Below, piece by piece: positions 1-13,700 of a DNA stretch of 64,000 nucleotides (position 1 is its first letter; each line of letters opens with the position of its first letter). The notes below the pieces were generated by a model. It had not been told where the DNA came from, did no database searches, and saw nothing but the letters and a program-made list of their open reading frames with translations. The translations under genes and the position numbers were made by a program. This stretch comes from Lytechinus pictus (Eukaryota). Location of the stretch: contig NC_087251.1 of NCBI RefSeq assembly GCF_037042905.1, forward strand, positions 33,544,001 to 33,608,000, written 5' to 3'.

Positions 1-1181
1 TGACATTATATCTTCCTGTGGGTTGGGCACTACTCAAATTGGCAAAGCAATGGCTTCTGCTCACTCCTCTTCTTCTCTACTATTCACCTAAATTGACTTT
101 TATTTTTTTCAAAAATGCAGGACTTTACCCCCTTCTTTTTGCTGAATAATTTTTGCTCAGTCAGGCAGAATTCAAGCAAATTTTGGGATATGAATAATAT
201 ATGAAATAAGCAGCAAACTTGTAGATTCAAAAGATAGGGGGGGGGAATGATGAAATTCATAATGCTCACTTCACTGTACTATGATAAATCAAGAAATGTT
301 TTCTGCAAGTTGAAGAAATGGATGGGTAGACATGCTCATAGTGGTGGGATTAATTTGGGGTTGTTGTTGTTTTGTTTTTAGTCAATACTTGCTCCCCATC
401 TGGTTCTCTTGATGAAGTCAGTCTTTTCAATAGGTAATCAGCTATTTTCTCAAGAAAAGCCATAAAAATAAGGGCATTTCATCTATCAAAAATGACAGTG
501 AATAATGTAACTTAAAGTTGACATTTCATCATGTGAAATTGCACAACAACCAAACTAAACTTTCTGGGTTTTTTTTAACTTGCGATAATTTTCATATTTT
601 CAGCACTTTGAGATATTTCTGAGTATATCAATGATTTTGCAGAGGGGGGAGGGGGAGGGGGAGGGGAGGTGCTTAAGGCTTATTGTATTGTATATCAGGG
701 ATCTAGACCTATGCTTTTCTCTAGATGAAAGGCAACAACCAATTCAGTAGTGTACAAATTTGAAGTTCAAGCCTGCATGATTCAAGAATGATGATTATTA
801 AAAGTAAGAATCGCTAATTGAGGGATTTTGGTAGAGTGCGAGTCACGTTGCAAATTCTCATTAGCCACTACCATGACTACATGGTGGATTTATACTCAAG
901 GAGAAAAATAGTTTCCCGCTTCTAATTATCTGGAAAAAAAAATAATGGGAGTCATATTCCTTTGAATTTTTATATAACAACTTACCCAGTGAAGAGGTCG
1001 TCGTTTTCCACCACTTTCTTCCAAAAAACCTCCATGTTTGTTTGCTTTTGTGTCTCAGTCTATCCACTGAGCTGATGTGGAACACAGTTACCCACAAAAC
1101 AAATAGGAGCGCCAAGTAGATAATGGAGATAAATGCAGTATCATGTGAAAAAAATAAAACCTAGGCTATGATTTGTCTTAC

Positions 1182-1292
1182 AAGTCCAGAAAAGCGGATG
1201 GTAATGGTGGGGTGTTTACAGCTACAGCTGATTGGTCTAAGGAACACTGATTGTATTGGAGGACAAGAGAAAGTATCCAGCTTATGATGCAT
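1182..1292 (-). CDS. Candidate first coding exon (37 codons, MHHKLDTFSCPPIQSVFLRPISCSCKHPTITIRFSGL) of an unidentified minus-strand gene; could be 5' UTR instead
   Basis: Minus-strand ATG at 1292 stays open for exactly 111 nt to a GTAAGA donor (plus-strand tcttac, 1176-1181). It lies downstream of a GC-richer promoter-like island. Peptide not recognised. Confidence 0.3.
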
Positions 1293-1479
1293 GCAGTCCT
1301 CGTGCCGTGGAGTCCGTCTTGAATATAGAGGTATGCCACTGTTGATTGAAGGTTTATATTGGGAGGAGCTGGTGATGAGGAATGGATGAAAATAAGAGTG
1401 AACGTCCTCCTGGAGTAGGTAGCAACTGCTTCTATCTATTTACAATCCATGTGCTATACATGCAGAGAATCACGTCTAG

Positions 1480-2260
1480 ACCTTCACTATCGAAGCTAAG
1501 CCTGCTAAGCTGACTGACTGTATACTGGCTGGCTAGATGTGTTTCTTGCAAGGGTCCCACTCAACGTTATGAGAAGCCAAACAAGACCCCGTAACGGTGA
1601 CACACAGGCAAGGAGCGCTCGCTCCGTTCACCACGACGCTTTGCTTATTTATTGCTCTCGCCTATAGCCTCCAGCAAAGTACAAAGGCAGAACAGAGGCT
1701 GACTGGCTGAGCAGGCAGGCAGGGAGGCAGGCTGGCTGGCTGGCTGGTTGGATGCTGGGGCTACTATTAATGGGGACTCAGCAAAGAATGCATGCTTTAT
1801 CTGATCTTATCCACAATTCCTTCTTGCAGCACTTCAACCTAGAATCAAGAAATGGAAGATTTTCTTCTGGTTGTCTCTGTATCCAATTCTTTTCCTTAAC
1901 CCTCCCAATAAAAAACAATAACACCAGAGTGGTGTGCACATGCACTGTCCGACCGGTCGCAATTGGGACGATTGTAATCAGCTCAGCCAGGGCAGAGAGA
2001 GAGAGTATCCAAATGCCTACTTGGATTTGTGTGTGCTCGTACATTGGGGGTACTAGTATTGTGTGTGTCTGAGCAGCACTAATATGTGTGTTTTGCACTA
2101 CTCGCCCATCCATCCCTTTCCTTGGGAGTGTATAGCTTGTGTACATTTAGTGCCCGCCTACTGCCCACATAGTTCGCATCAACAAAGGGACCCGAAGGTC
2201 ATTCCGGGCATCCCTAGCCCCAGCTAGGCTTAGGGGAGCTTTCGTGCACCCATTCATACT
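1480..2260 (-). promoter_or_regulatory. Putative promoter / 5' UTR island
   Basis: Unique sequence richer in GC and CpG than the flanks, with GGCA/GGCT short repeats, Inr-like TCAGT/CCAGT on minus (about 1510, 1700) and Sox-like ACAAAG/ATTGT motifs, upstream of the candidate exon. Confidence 0.35.
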
Positions 2261-3574
2261 CCAACCCACAATTGTTACACCTTAATCAGCTCGTTCTATA
2301 GGGAGCAATAATTAGACTTGCAACCCCTTTCTCCTAGTTTCTCAATTCTTCAAGCATTTCTCATTCCCCTTCCCTTTTTTCTTTCTTCCATTTTCTCTAT
2401 TCCCACCATCCCCTCTCCTCTTCTCTCTCTTTCCACACGATAGATATCTTTCCTCCATAGGCTTATTACTATCAATGTTCTTTATTATGACTCTTTTTTC
2501 CCTTCTTCCTTATCCCAGATTACCCACTTTCTTTGTATCTCTCCTGCAAGTGGAAGCATGTGCGTTATACCTTTTCACGTCTCCTGCTTTCAATTAAACA
2601 AATGCGCATAAAAATGGAACAGATTCGGCTCTGATTTGGTCTTACTTTTCCTCGTCCCTTCCGTCTTTACTCAAACCTAAGCCTCATTTCTGCATCATTT
2701 GCTAAGACTTAGAGAGAGGTTCACAGATGCGGCAGTAACACCGATGCTTCATTACCCGCGAACACTGCCCATTTTCTGACACCGAAGAAGGACAAAGCCT
2801 GAGTGTGAAAAAGGTCTCTTACAAAGAAGATCAAATGCATAATTATGGTGAAGGGGGAAATAGAATAAAAACCTCGGGATGAGAGGCGTAAGCGGCTATG
2901 GATCAATTGCGAGGTTTGGCCGTAAATAGCACGGGCTGTATAGCCTTCAGTTTGTGGTATTGAGAGTGTGAAAGAGGAGATGGCGAATTACAACTGAGAA
3001 AAGAATCCAGTAAAAAGTAGTAAAAAGGGAATATCAAAATTATATCACGCAATTTGGAATTATAAGACCCCTTGTGAAGAATACTTCACATTAAAATGAA
3101 TCTCCAAGTTGAAGCGGAGTGGATAGGAGATGGATGTGTGTATGGAGAGAGCACAGGAAAAAATTACGAAAGAATAGAAAGATTGAACGAGATAGGAAAG
3201 GGACAGAAAAGCAGAGATCAATGGAAGGCTGATAATAAAAGATATAGGGAGAGAGAGAGAAGAGGGGGGGGGGTAAGAAAATAATAGTGAAGATAGTGAA
3301 ACTTAAAAAGAACCAATAATCAATGGCATAGGCACCCTGCAGTCTTTGGGAGAAAAGAAGTATGGAAGCAAGATAGCAAATAGGGGAGATTCAGAGAGGA
3401 TAGGAAAGGATGGAAAATGACAGGTAAAAGAAAAGACAAAATATGAAATGGAGAGAATTTATGAGAAAAATAGCCCACTTTCACTCAAGTTGTAACAAAA
3501 ATATCAAGAATACCCTTGGTTAAAAAATACTAAGACACATGGATTGTCCTACATCTTTATTAGTTTCATGAGGC

Positions 3575-3792
3575 GGCGCGATAGCTCAGTTGGTAGAGCG
3601 GGGGTTTCGGATTCCGGTGACCCGGGTTTGATTCCCAAGTGGTGCGCTAGTGCCCTTTGGTAAGGCATTTATCCTCATTACCAGGTCCCTCGGAGAGGAC
3701 CTTAAGCCGTTGGTCCTCTGGTTGCTTGCTCACAGGCATTCGTGCTTTCTTAGCAGTCAGGTAAAACAACCTCGGTATAACAACCTCGGTAT
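3575..3792 (+). mobile_element. tRNA-derived SINE (family A) with tandem 14-bp tail
   Basis: A box TAGCTCAGTTGGTAGAGC, B-box-like GGGTTTGATTCCC, then a non-tRNA body (TGCCCTTTGGTAAGGCATTTATCCTCA...) and tail (AACAACCTCGGTAT)x2 at 3765-3792. Confidence 0.85.
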
Positions 3793-4217
3793 GACATGCT
3801 CCATATGATCATGATTCCCTTCCAGACACATTATTTTCTCAGTAGAACCAAAGGTGAACTGAGGACACCCCAATAAAGCCCTTAATCCACAGTGGGCTTA
3901 TCATCTCAGATTAATTTAACTGATAAAACAAACACTTGAGAGTCTCAAGGTCTCCTGAGGACAAGGTTGGACAACATGAGAGATGTTTCTTCAGCGCTTG
4001 ACTGGGCCTAATGATGGCTGGGTCACTGGTAAACTGTTTAACCCAATAATGGATCCATAATCCCACTTCCCAGGGGTGGGCTGGATCAATAAGGGTACAG
4101 GGAGCATTATGCAAAAAGGAATTATAGTTTACATAATTACATCATTAATGGAATGTAATCTATGGGTAGACATTGAAGAGTCCATTGTCCCAGTGGTTAT
4201 GTGCAGGGTATGACTAT

Positions 4218-4695
4218 AGGTGGTTTCAGACCGCCTCGAAGTTCGCCAGTTCCAGGTATTCTCTGATCGGGAAATTTACCCCGATCAGAAAATACCAGGT
4301 ATTTTGGCGGTCTGAAAGCAAACTACGCGTAATATCCCCGAAAGAAAATACCCGATAAATAGTAGGTACTTGGCGAAATTACGAGAACTTTCGCGGGGAT
4401 TTTTCCAAGGTCGTGGGTATTTTGGCGGTCTGAAAGCAAATTACGGGAACTTTTAGCCCAGCGTGTCGTTGGGTGCGGCGCCGTGCATGGGTTGCTGCTG
4501 GGCTAGTGATTTTGAATTTCGCGCCTTGCTGCTTATCAGACCATACTGCGCATGCTCGTAACTTCAGGAACTTATCCCGAAGGGTATGTTTCAGGGCGGT
4601 GTGAATGCAGGAATAATTAATGGGTATTTTTCAGCCTAAAAAAGTTCTCGTAATTTAACGGGGATTCTTGTGATCGAGGCGGTTTGAAACCACCT
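4218..4695 (+). mobile_element. PIF/Harbinger-type MITE, copy 1
   Basis: TIRs AGGTGGTTTCAGACCGCCTCGA / TCGAGGCGGTTTGAAACCACCT, 3-bp TSD TAT/TAT, internal hairpin and repeated GCGGTCTGAAA motif. A close inverted copy lies at 60336-60811. Confidence 0.9.
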
Positions 4696-5492
4696 TATGA
4701 GCAATATAGTAGGTTCCTGAAAGAGATGTTAGTTCATGGGGAAATCAAATTATTAAATACTAATATGGGAATCAGTTGTCAATGGTAAACGCTACGGTAA
4801 TGAATTACAGAATGTGCCCTATTTCAACCTAAAATATTTTCAATTTAATTTGATTTGTTTTCACTTAATCAAGGAAGAATTGCCTAATATATCATACAAT
4901 AATGAGTGAAAAGCACCAAGTTGCTATTATCTGTGATTACATACACCATTCAACAGTTTTCATTCAATGCAAGAATATATTTAAACAAATTACTCTTGGA
5001 ATTTCTTGTTTTTCTGAGCTTGAAAGAAAATATGATTAGACAATAAAACATTGCATTACATAGAATATTGCAGTAAAGTTCTTTGAAAAATGAAAGCAGT
5101 TACAGGGTTATTCCATCAAACACATTTAGTATTGTTTGTTAAGAGGTCAGGGATGGTAAATAATGACACATCATAAGTGGTTGGAAAGCACACTTGGAAA
5201 AAATGGACAAAGGAGCTTGCTGTCTATAATGAAAAGAAATGGGTGGCAGAGGAGAAAAACATTATTGATTCACTCTGTGGTTTATTTTGAACCAACCAAA
5301 GAGCTTTCTCAGACCATGCCACTCAGCGATTTCATAACACCATTCATTACATAACCAACCTTCAATTAATGGCACCAGACAACTCATCCACCCTCAATTG
5401 GATTGTTCACTCTCCTTTTCATTCTATTCTGCTACTTCCAGCTTTCTATTTCAAACACCTCATGTTACTGTGTTCTAGCTCATCTCCAGTAA

Positions 5493-5836
5493 TAGAGGAA
5501 ACCTGTACATAAAGACCATCACAGGAATCACGAAAGGTGGTCTTTATGAGCGAGGCCCCAGTTGCATACAAGTTTCTATTCATTATGGTAACTTTGCCTT
5601 CCAACGGTAACTACCATAGTAACATGACCCAACAGCCAATCAGAATCAAGGATTTCATGAAAGATACCACTGGTCGGCAAAGTTACTATAATAGTATTTA
5701 TTATGCAACAGGTTACGGGCTGGCTCCTGTGACACATGTTTCAATGGGGAGAAATTATAATCTGAGATACCAAAATTGTAGTCTTTTTAGGCAGGTGGTT
5801 TTTCTATACAGGTCATCACTAATTCAGCTTCGACTG
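5493..5836. mobile_element. Degenerate pogo/Tigger-like MITE interrupted by a second MITE
   Basis: Right end ...TTCAGCTTCGACTG (CAGTCGAA terminus on minus), left end TAGAGGAAACCTGTACATAAAGACC, internal AGGTGGTC/T motifs. Confidence 0.55.
5554..5717. mobile_element. Harbinger-like palindromic MITE with CCAAT core, nested
   Basis: Ends GGCCCCAGTTGCATA / TATGCAACAGG, arms ATGGTAACTTTGCC / GGCAAAGTTACTAT. Related to 57895-58038. Confidence 0.6.
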
Positions 5837-6674
5837 TGAGAACATTCAACTATTTTAATATCATTTTCCCCTACTATCCCGCACCACTTCCAGTGAAATA
5901 TATATGATTCAAATAATTCCATATAATTTTTTTTTCACAAAATCTTAATTTTAACATGATCATATTCTTGCAAAGTTGCTCTATCACACTGCCCTAATAT
6001 TATTGCTCAGGACAATTCTCTTGCTCTCTTCTTCCTTTAGCCTTGTGACCTAACAACATGTTATGTAATCCATTTCCCTGACCAGAAGTAAGAGGGCTTC
6101 CTTCTTTATTCGTTGACAAACAGTCTTGGTTTCCTCCCGACCTCTTATATGTAACCCTCCACTTTGTCTCAGAATTGCAAAGCCACATTCAATAAAAGAC
6201 TGTTAAGTGATTGTCTCCACCCATTTCGGTCAAAACTGCCACACAACAAAAAACACTTTCCTACTCATATTCATGGTTAAAAGTGAAAACATTAACATGT
6301 GATTGGCGGCATTGGCCATGTTGGTCTTTATCATACAAGGAATTATTACATGTGTAAACCATTAAAATAGAAGAATTCCCATTCTTCAAAATAACAATAT
6401 TACATAGAAGTTGACTAGTTTATTCATTTTAGGTGAGAAATGGAAAAAAAACACTTATTCTTTTAAGAATTTACTCAATTTCAACAGAATTTAGGGGAAA
6501 TACCTCCTTGTCACACGGCAACCATGAAACCATCCCTAACGATATCAACAGCATGCTTCAGTTTTATCCATGAACCCCCTAAATTCTAGACCATAAATGC
6601 ATATTCATTTAAACCTGCCACAATTATGTTCATGAATTAATGTAATGTTAACCTACCCTCATTTCTACCCTTAA

Positions 6675-7651
6675 AGGTAAATTCCAGTTCTGGTAACGAT
6701 CTCAAAATGACTTTTTACATAATCTAATATAATGACCACCCAAGTGTCTGTTTGTATGAATAAAAAATATGTGCCAAAGGATTCTGGAAGAAATTGTGTA
6801 ATTGCTGAGAAATAAGCAAAATAAGCGCGGATTCGGTCACTTCCGTCGGGTCTTTATTCCAGCAATAATAATACACTGTCCCACGTGTGCCTATCTGTGT
6901 TGGCGATCTTCAGTGTGATCGTATTTCAGCTTAGATTTTATGATTTCACAAAGTTCAGTTTATGTAACTGTACCAGATCTAGATCCACGATGATGAATCC
7001 AACCCAAATAAAAACTTGTTTTTATAAGAAAAAGAAAAATCAGACAAGTTGATAGGTGAAAGTTTGAACAATATTGGACAAACAACAAGAAATTTATGAA
7101 TTTTTAAAAGTTGTAAATATTGGTAATCACTATACCCATGGAGACTTCAAATTGGCCGCATATGGGATGTCATAGTGATGTAAGGAAAGGACTACTCTTC
7201 CATGTACTCCAATACATATTATGGCTAAAATGTAATTTTTCCCAAAAGTTTTATATCAAATTATGGTTTTCTTTCATGAGGACATAAAAACAATATACTA
7301 CCTGGGTTATATTTAGATTACTGCCCCAGGGGAATGGGTACTTAGGAGAAAACCACAAATCCCTGATGATAAAGTACATGGCCTATGGGAAAGTTGTCCT
7401 TGCCCCTTGTCATAATTTACTTATCCAGTTGCCAATTTGAAATCTACATACTATTAGTGATCTCAATTTTAAAGCAGCTATAACTTTCTTAGTGCTTGTC
7501 CGATTTCTTTCAAACTTTCACTATTCTGTTAAGTTTATTTTTCTCCTTCCCAACAAAACATTTTATGGCCAAGGCTGGATTCCCCTTTAACCTTGGTTTT
7601 ACAGACTTTCTCACGAAATTAGTGTTTTACTGCAACTACTGTAATTTAGCT
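6675..7651 (+). mobile_element. Non-autonomous Kolobok-type DNA transposon (outer element)
   Basis: TTAA on both sides (6671-6674, 7652-7655). TIRs AGGTAAATTCCAGT vs AGCTAAATTACAGT (reverse complement). The 5' part recurs at about 57468-57756. Confidence 0.8.
6995..7586 (+). mobile_element. Second Kolobok-type element nested in the first; left tip deleted
   Basis: Right end GGCTGGATTCCCCT followed by TTAA. Left end starts GAATCCAACC, missing TTAA-AGGG. Subterminal arms GTGAAAGTTTGAA...GGACAA / TTGTCC...TTCAAACTTTCAC. Confidence 0.75.
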
Positions 7652-9194
7652 TTAACATGATATTTTTATAACACCTGCCTGCATTAAAATGAATTAACTA
7701 TGTCCTTGTTAGGGATCTTATGTAATCTGCAATTAGTTTTAGATTACTAACATGAACTATGTGATGGTATGGAAATGCCTGCCCAGCCCATAAAAGGCTG
7801 TTATGAAGTAACATCACATAACACCTGTAAAATCTTAGCTCAGGGTAATTGGCCAGGAGGTGAAAATATAGTGGATAAGTTATATTCATGTTTGAATCGA
7901 TTTTCAAACATTTTATAATTGAAATGTGAACCAATATGTCATCTTGACAACGTTTAACAATGTTTATCAACTACAATGTAATGAAAGCCAATAATTTTAT
8001 GTCCAAGCAAAGTTAAAGTCATTCTCCATATCTGTATTAATTGTAATGTAATTTAGCATAACAGGTCTAATTATTGATGTAAATAACAAATTGGATGCTG
8101 GTTCAATTATAAACAAAAAATTAAATTAATTTCATTTTGTTTTATTTTCATTTCCGACATATGCAATATATTATTTTTTATATTATATTGAACATCATAA
8201 ATTTAAATTAAATTTTAACAATATAATCAGGTACTACAGGTTGGTAATAGAAGGGTTGCTGAAACAAAGCCTTCAAAATATAAGAATCAATAAAGTGCCA
8301 ATATATTAAAACAATATATTATATTATAATTATCATTATTGTTGTTATTAAAATTATATACACCCAGCAAAGAAAAGGAAACAAACAGTTTTGGTGTAAA
8401 AACATATCAAATAAAAATCAATCAATATCTGTCCTTAGTTTTTGCATTGTTTTATCTAGTACAGCGACTCTTAATGACACCTCTAGGGTGATTCATTTCA
8501 CACCTCACCATTCCTGGCTTATGTTGACCATGTTTTGTTAATTTCTAAAACTCGCTCATGCTATGTGAATTGGGGCTATTATTATTAATTTCTCTGCCGC
8601 TTCGGGGTATGGTCTATGCCAAGTGACCGGAAACCTCTGCTCTTGGCCAGCCAGCGAGGGAGCGCAGGAGGCGACCCTGAGAGCTGTCATAACCTGATGG
8701 CTTCACAAAGGTTTCTATCGAAGGCATTATGTACAATGCTCAGCAGAAGATGTGCTTCTGTCTTCATAAGCAATAAGCACCATTATGACCTTGAATATAT
8801 TATCTGCTGAGAGCCAAAGTGAAATTAACTCCCTTCAATTATTCCAATAAATTGATTTTACAATAAAGAGTTGATGGGAGCTTTGAATAACATAGTAATG
8901 ATGGGTTTGCAGCCAATATCCAAGATTGTCTATTACTAAGTAACAAATTCAGTCAGGTATCACTTAGGTTTATTGCAATTTGGTCCAAATATCATGTGGT
9001 CTAATATCTACTTATGATAACTCATGCATATTATCAAAAAAATCAAATAAGTTTATTTGTTTCCATCTAGATTTTTATCATTTCGTCTATTTCTTGTGGT
9101 TCTAAAGGCATAGCATTACTGAAAATAAGATGAATTATAAACAAACTGGGTGCTTATTAGAAGATGAGGATTCATTTTCCACCCGGGTTCTATT

Positions 9195-9425
9195 TTCCAC
9201 CCGTGTACTAAATGGATATTTGGTAGGATGCTAAAGCCTGTATGTCGTATGCCTAACAATTGAATTTTGAAACAGAATCCTCCACAGGGAGTGGAGAAAG
9301 TGCATACATCATGTGTGGGCATGCCAGGGTCCGATGACCGGGGTAATGAATCATATATCTGTAAAATGATTTGAGACACTGTTCCACTGTATTAAGCACT
9401 ACGTAATAGAGGAATATTGTTGTTG
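9195..9425 (+). mobile_element. 5'-truncated, diverged SINE family B copy
   Basis: Aligns by eye to the 3' two thirds of 21759-22104 and 54786-55142 (GGTAGGATGC..., CAGGGAGTGGAGAA..., TCCGATGACCGGGGTAAT). Confidence 0.85.
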
Positions 9426-10074
9426 CATCAGCAAAGGGTTACACCAGCTATGGAAGCATAAACCTAGTACATACCTCTTAGATAACAGCACAATGCTTTT
9501 TACAAGGAAGGAAACGGCAACCTGAAGAACATTTCCTAATTTTCAAGGATATATGAGGTTGATTAATAATGATTAAAGGTTCTATGTCTTGAATTTGATT
9601 GATTATCAAAGGATATATCTTGAGATTGCCAAAGGTAATATATCTTGTTGTTTTTTTCTTATTCACTCATCAAATGCTATCTTCATAATGGGAGTATCAT
9701 ATACCTAAAAGATGAGATATCCAACCATTTGTGGTCATGATCATTATTTATAGAAGGATCTGCCAGGAAGTGTGGTGAATTCAGAATGTATATATGTAAT
9801 ATTTTGAGATACCATCTTATTTGATAAGGATTTAATAATGATTAGTCTAAAGAATGGTTCCCTTGTTGCCTGTAAAACTATCATCCATTTTCATGTAAAC
9901 TTATAAAACTTTTCTTCAAACTTTTGAAATGAAGAAATGATGGGATTAATCATTTCAAAGAATTTGTGCCGTTTCATTTTCAAAACGTTAATGAACAGAC
10001 TGAAATGTATAAAAGGCCAAATGGTTCAGCCTGATATCATATAGATTGACCAATAGTCATAGCAATGGAATAGC

Positions 10075-10360
10075 AATCACAATAATAAATGCTAAGCTTT
10101 GTTAATTTTATATCATGCATGGATGAAACTTTGTAATGTTACATAGAGATGCAAGGCTGTAATCACTGAAATGTAAAATGGATGAAAATTGTTAATATAC
10201 CGAATGGATAAACTTTCTGATGCAATGGATTCATCAAGTTTGTGATGTGACCGATGAATAAAGCTTTGTGATACAATACAAGGATACAAACTTCAGGATT
10301 ATTTGGATGGATAGAGCTCTTCGATGTGCAAATTGTGATGTAATAAATGGATAAAACTTC
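10075..10360. repeat. Degenerate minisatellite, about 26-30 bp unit
   Basis: Recurring ATGGATAAA(G/A)CTTTGTGATGTAA-like motif about nine times. Confidence 0.55.
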
Positions 10361-10371
10361 AAATTGTTTTA

Positions 10372-10745
10372 AACCCCTTTCATAAACCCAATTATGCGGC
10401 TAATAGCAGCATAATTTGGTCGTAAAATCGGTGGAGGACCTGAGTTATCCGCATTGTTTTGATGCTGCAATTATCCGCATAATAGCGGCATCGGGACCAG
10501 ATTTAGACTTTATGAACGCAATTCCAAAGTAATGCGGATAATTGCCATGGTGCGGTCACAAGGTCACCCTTTTCCAACACAACCGCATCGGAGGGGGTGT
10601 TGCCATGACGATTATCCGCCTTTTTCAGGACGGGCGCTCGTAAAAATAGTGCGGATTATTTTCGGAGTTTGTGAACGCAATTTTTATTGAATTATCCGCA
10701 TTACTCTTAGGCGGCTAATTGGAGGATGGGTTTATGAAAGGGGTA
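10372..10745. mobile_element. PIF/Harbinger-type MITE
   Basis: TIRs (A/T)ACCCCTTTCATAAACCCA / TGGGTTTATGAAAGGGGTA, TSD TTA/TTA, interior rich in TTATCCGC/GCGGAT motifs. Confidence 0.88.
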
Positions 10746-13700
10746 TTATACAGGTCCACGTGCAATTAAACTAAAGAAAGATTATTCCTTAAAAAACCAG
10801 CCCTTCTTCAGGGCACAGAACCAGCCAGCGACTTAGCCTTCTTTGTGAATTAAAGAAGGAGCTGAAAAACAATGACAAGGTTATGGCATTCTGGGAATCG
10901 CTGATTGAAAACAGTGACCCTGTCTTGGCCGAGGCACTAATGGGACCAAGAAGCAACGGGAGGTAGCTTGTTACCACAACTAAACTGAAAGATGTAGGGA
11001 CGAGAAATATCGTTACCCCTCACATTTCTACTATTCTTATCTGATGAAACTTGTCAACTATCAATGAAAGATTAAAAAAGAAAAGAAAGCTGATCATTCT
11101 TTTTTTTTCTCAAGAAAGTGAGGACCCACACATTAAAAACATACCATTATCTTTGATATGAGAAATGGACTGATCTGGAACAAGTAAATCATGTGTCTCT
11201 TCTGTCTGAAGAGTCAAACATTCATTTTTGTTTTTAAAGGGGGAGAGGGGGCTCATCTTTAGTAAACTAATTTGTGTAGAAACAATGGAACTTTGATTCA
11301 TGCAAATATGTGTGGTATCCATGTACATATTTAATGGCAGGAGCTGCTTGAAGAATCTACCAGAGAATTTTTGCAAATAACACGACATCTTACATGGATA
11401 TGGGCATGGAATTTAGACAATATGCCTATTTCTTTTAATCACTCGTATGCCAATAATCCTTTCACTATATCCTACTCAATATACATAACTTTTACATAAA
11501 ATGACTAATAGGGTCATTTTTCAACACAATCCACAAAAGGCTGCAATGTCATCATTTCTTTTAATTTTGCAATGAGAAAAGAACACCAAGTCAACATTTA
11601 ATTTCTTCTTCTTCTTCTTTGCCATGGAGACCTTCAGAAGGTACATTTCATTTTGTTATATCTCGAACTAATTGCACGTTTTATACGAAATCAAACCTGG
11701 AAACTGCCCAACTGGCATAACTGTGGATGGCTTGACCGCTAGACAGGTCAACTTGCCCAAAATGGCTGAAAGATTTTAATGAGATTGACCTCATCTACAG
11801 ATCAATTTTCCCTCATCTATCCCATAATTTTGATTGTGATGACAAATGAATGAGGTCTCATAGCGTTTTAATTTCTGAGAGAGAGAGAGAGAGAAAGAGA
11901 GAGGGGGGGGGGGGGGCTGTGTCTAACCTAGAAAAAGGTCAATGATTTCTGCATTTTTTGTATGATATCTTTTTAATGACTCTCAGTGGAGTCATTTGGC
12001 ATAAATGAAACCATTCAGCAAACAAAACAGTGGTCATAAAACCAAAATTGTAAACAAAAATAGAAATAAAAAGAAACAGTAGTAGCAGTAAAATGGGGGA
12101 AAGAAATGAAAAGAAAAATATGGGGTAGAGGAAAGCAACAGGCAACTGATGTCCTTCTCTGCTATAGTTTTAAGTGAGGACAAATTGATTAAGCTAACAA
12201 TAACAATATTTAGAAATATAGAAAGAAATAATACCTTGTCCAATTTTGAGGTTCTGCCACTGTACATTGTGGGAGAGTATATACCTAACTTCCAAATGAT
12301 TTCTTTCCAATACAAAATGACAAAGTCCTTTCATGTACAAAGATTAATTATTCACTATAGGCATAATTCATAGAACTCATTTCCAGAAGAGTACCTGATA
12401 AAATGTTAATCATCTCCAAATATAAACTAGTCCAAACTTGAGAGGTTTGTATTAGCAGTTCTCTAAATGTGATAGATACAAAGTAATGGTATCGCAAACA
12501 CCATCTTGTATTTAAAAAAGACAGAATGATTAATCAAAATCTGATAGCACAAATCACAAAATCAAGAAATATCTAAGATATTTTGCAATAGATGATTTTC
12601 ACACATTTCCATAATCAGTGATAATCTTAATTATACAAGGAGAGAAGTAACATATTACACAGTGGCACCAAGAAACGAGGGACCTGCATTTAGTTGGTTG
12701 TTTGATGGCTTTATTATCAATCTATTGATTTTATCTCTTTAATTATATTGAAGCTATAAGTAAAGACCCTGATATATTTATTCTTCACACCTTTTGTGTG
12801 ATTTAGGAGAATGATGTATGATGCGCTTCAACATCAAAGGAATCCTGGAAATAAAATTTACACAGGTGTCTTCAAACCCTCCAGGTGATCATTTTCTTTC
12901 CCCTTTTAAGGAAAGTTTATGAATATCCCCTAACGAATGACACCGCTCCCACCCCCCAAAAAAAAATGAAGCACAAGGAAATGGGAGATTTCAAATCTGT
13001 TATACAGACTGGGATGAGGATTTCAGCTTAGTTATTTGTCTAAAATGATACTATGAAATATTGAGAAAACAAAGAAAAAAAACAAAAGCATGAGGTTAAT
13101 ATAATAATTTGTGGTACAAACAATAGAAGACAGGGGAGGGGGGAGCTGGGGGGGGGGGGGGGAGAGAGAGAAAGAGAAAGAGGAAGAGAGATAGAACATA
13201 ATGTGATTATAAGGGAGGAGGAGCACCTAACAGTCAATATACAGTGTCAAGATTGCCCTCTCCCACCCACCATCCTCCCAATGTTTAGTCAGGGAAGCTT
13301 GGGTTACATTCCTGTTGCCATGGTTACACGGAGGCAGATCTGAAACAGGAGCTCGGCGAGCAAACACCCCTGAGTTGGTACAGCAGTAACTTCTCCCCGC
13401 CAAGAGTGATCAAAATCAACTCCCTGTAAAAACTCCCCTTTCATGCCACAGTTTACATTTGGGCTACCCACAGATTTCCTTCTGTGTTCCCGTCACCCTG
13501 ATGTATATACATACATACACCGGGGGCCCCCCAAAAGAAAAGTGCATGAATCTGATGTTGAATTTATTAATCACCCAAAATAAATGATTGAATTTCAGCC
13601 TCTCAAAGAGGGTTTGTAGGTAAATATGATGTGGGGGCACGAGGAATTATTGATACAATATGCAAAGGAGAGAGAGAGGATTACCACAAAGCTATTATGG

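Noticed and set aside
3575..3648. tRNA gene
   Set aside because: Acceptor and anticodon stems pair poorly, the T-loop has TTTG, there is no poly-T terminator, and it runs into a SINE body and tail.
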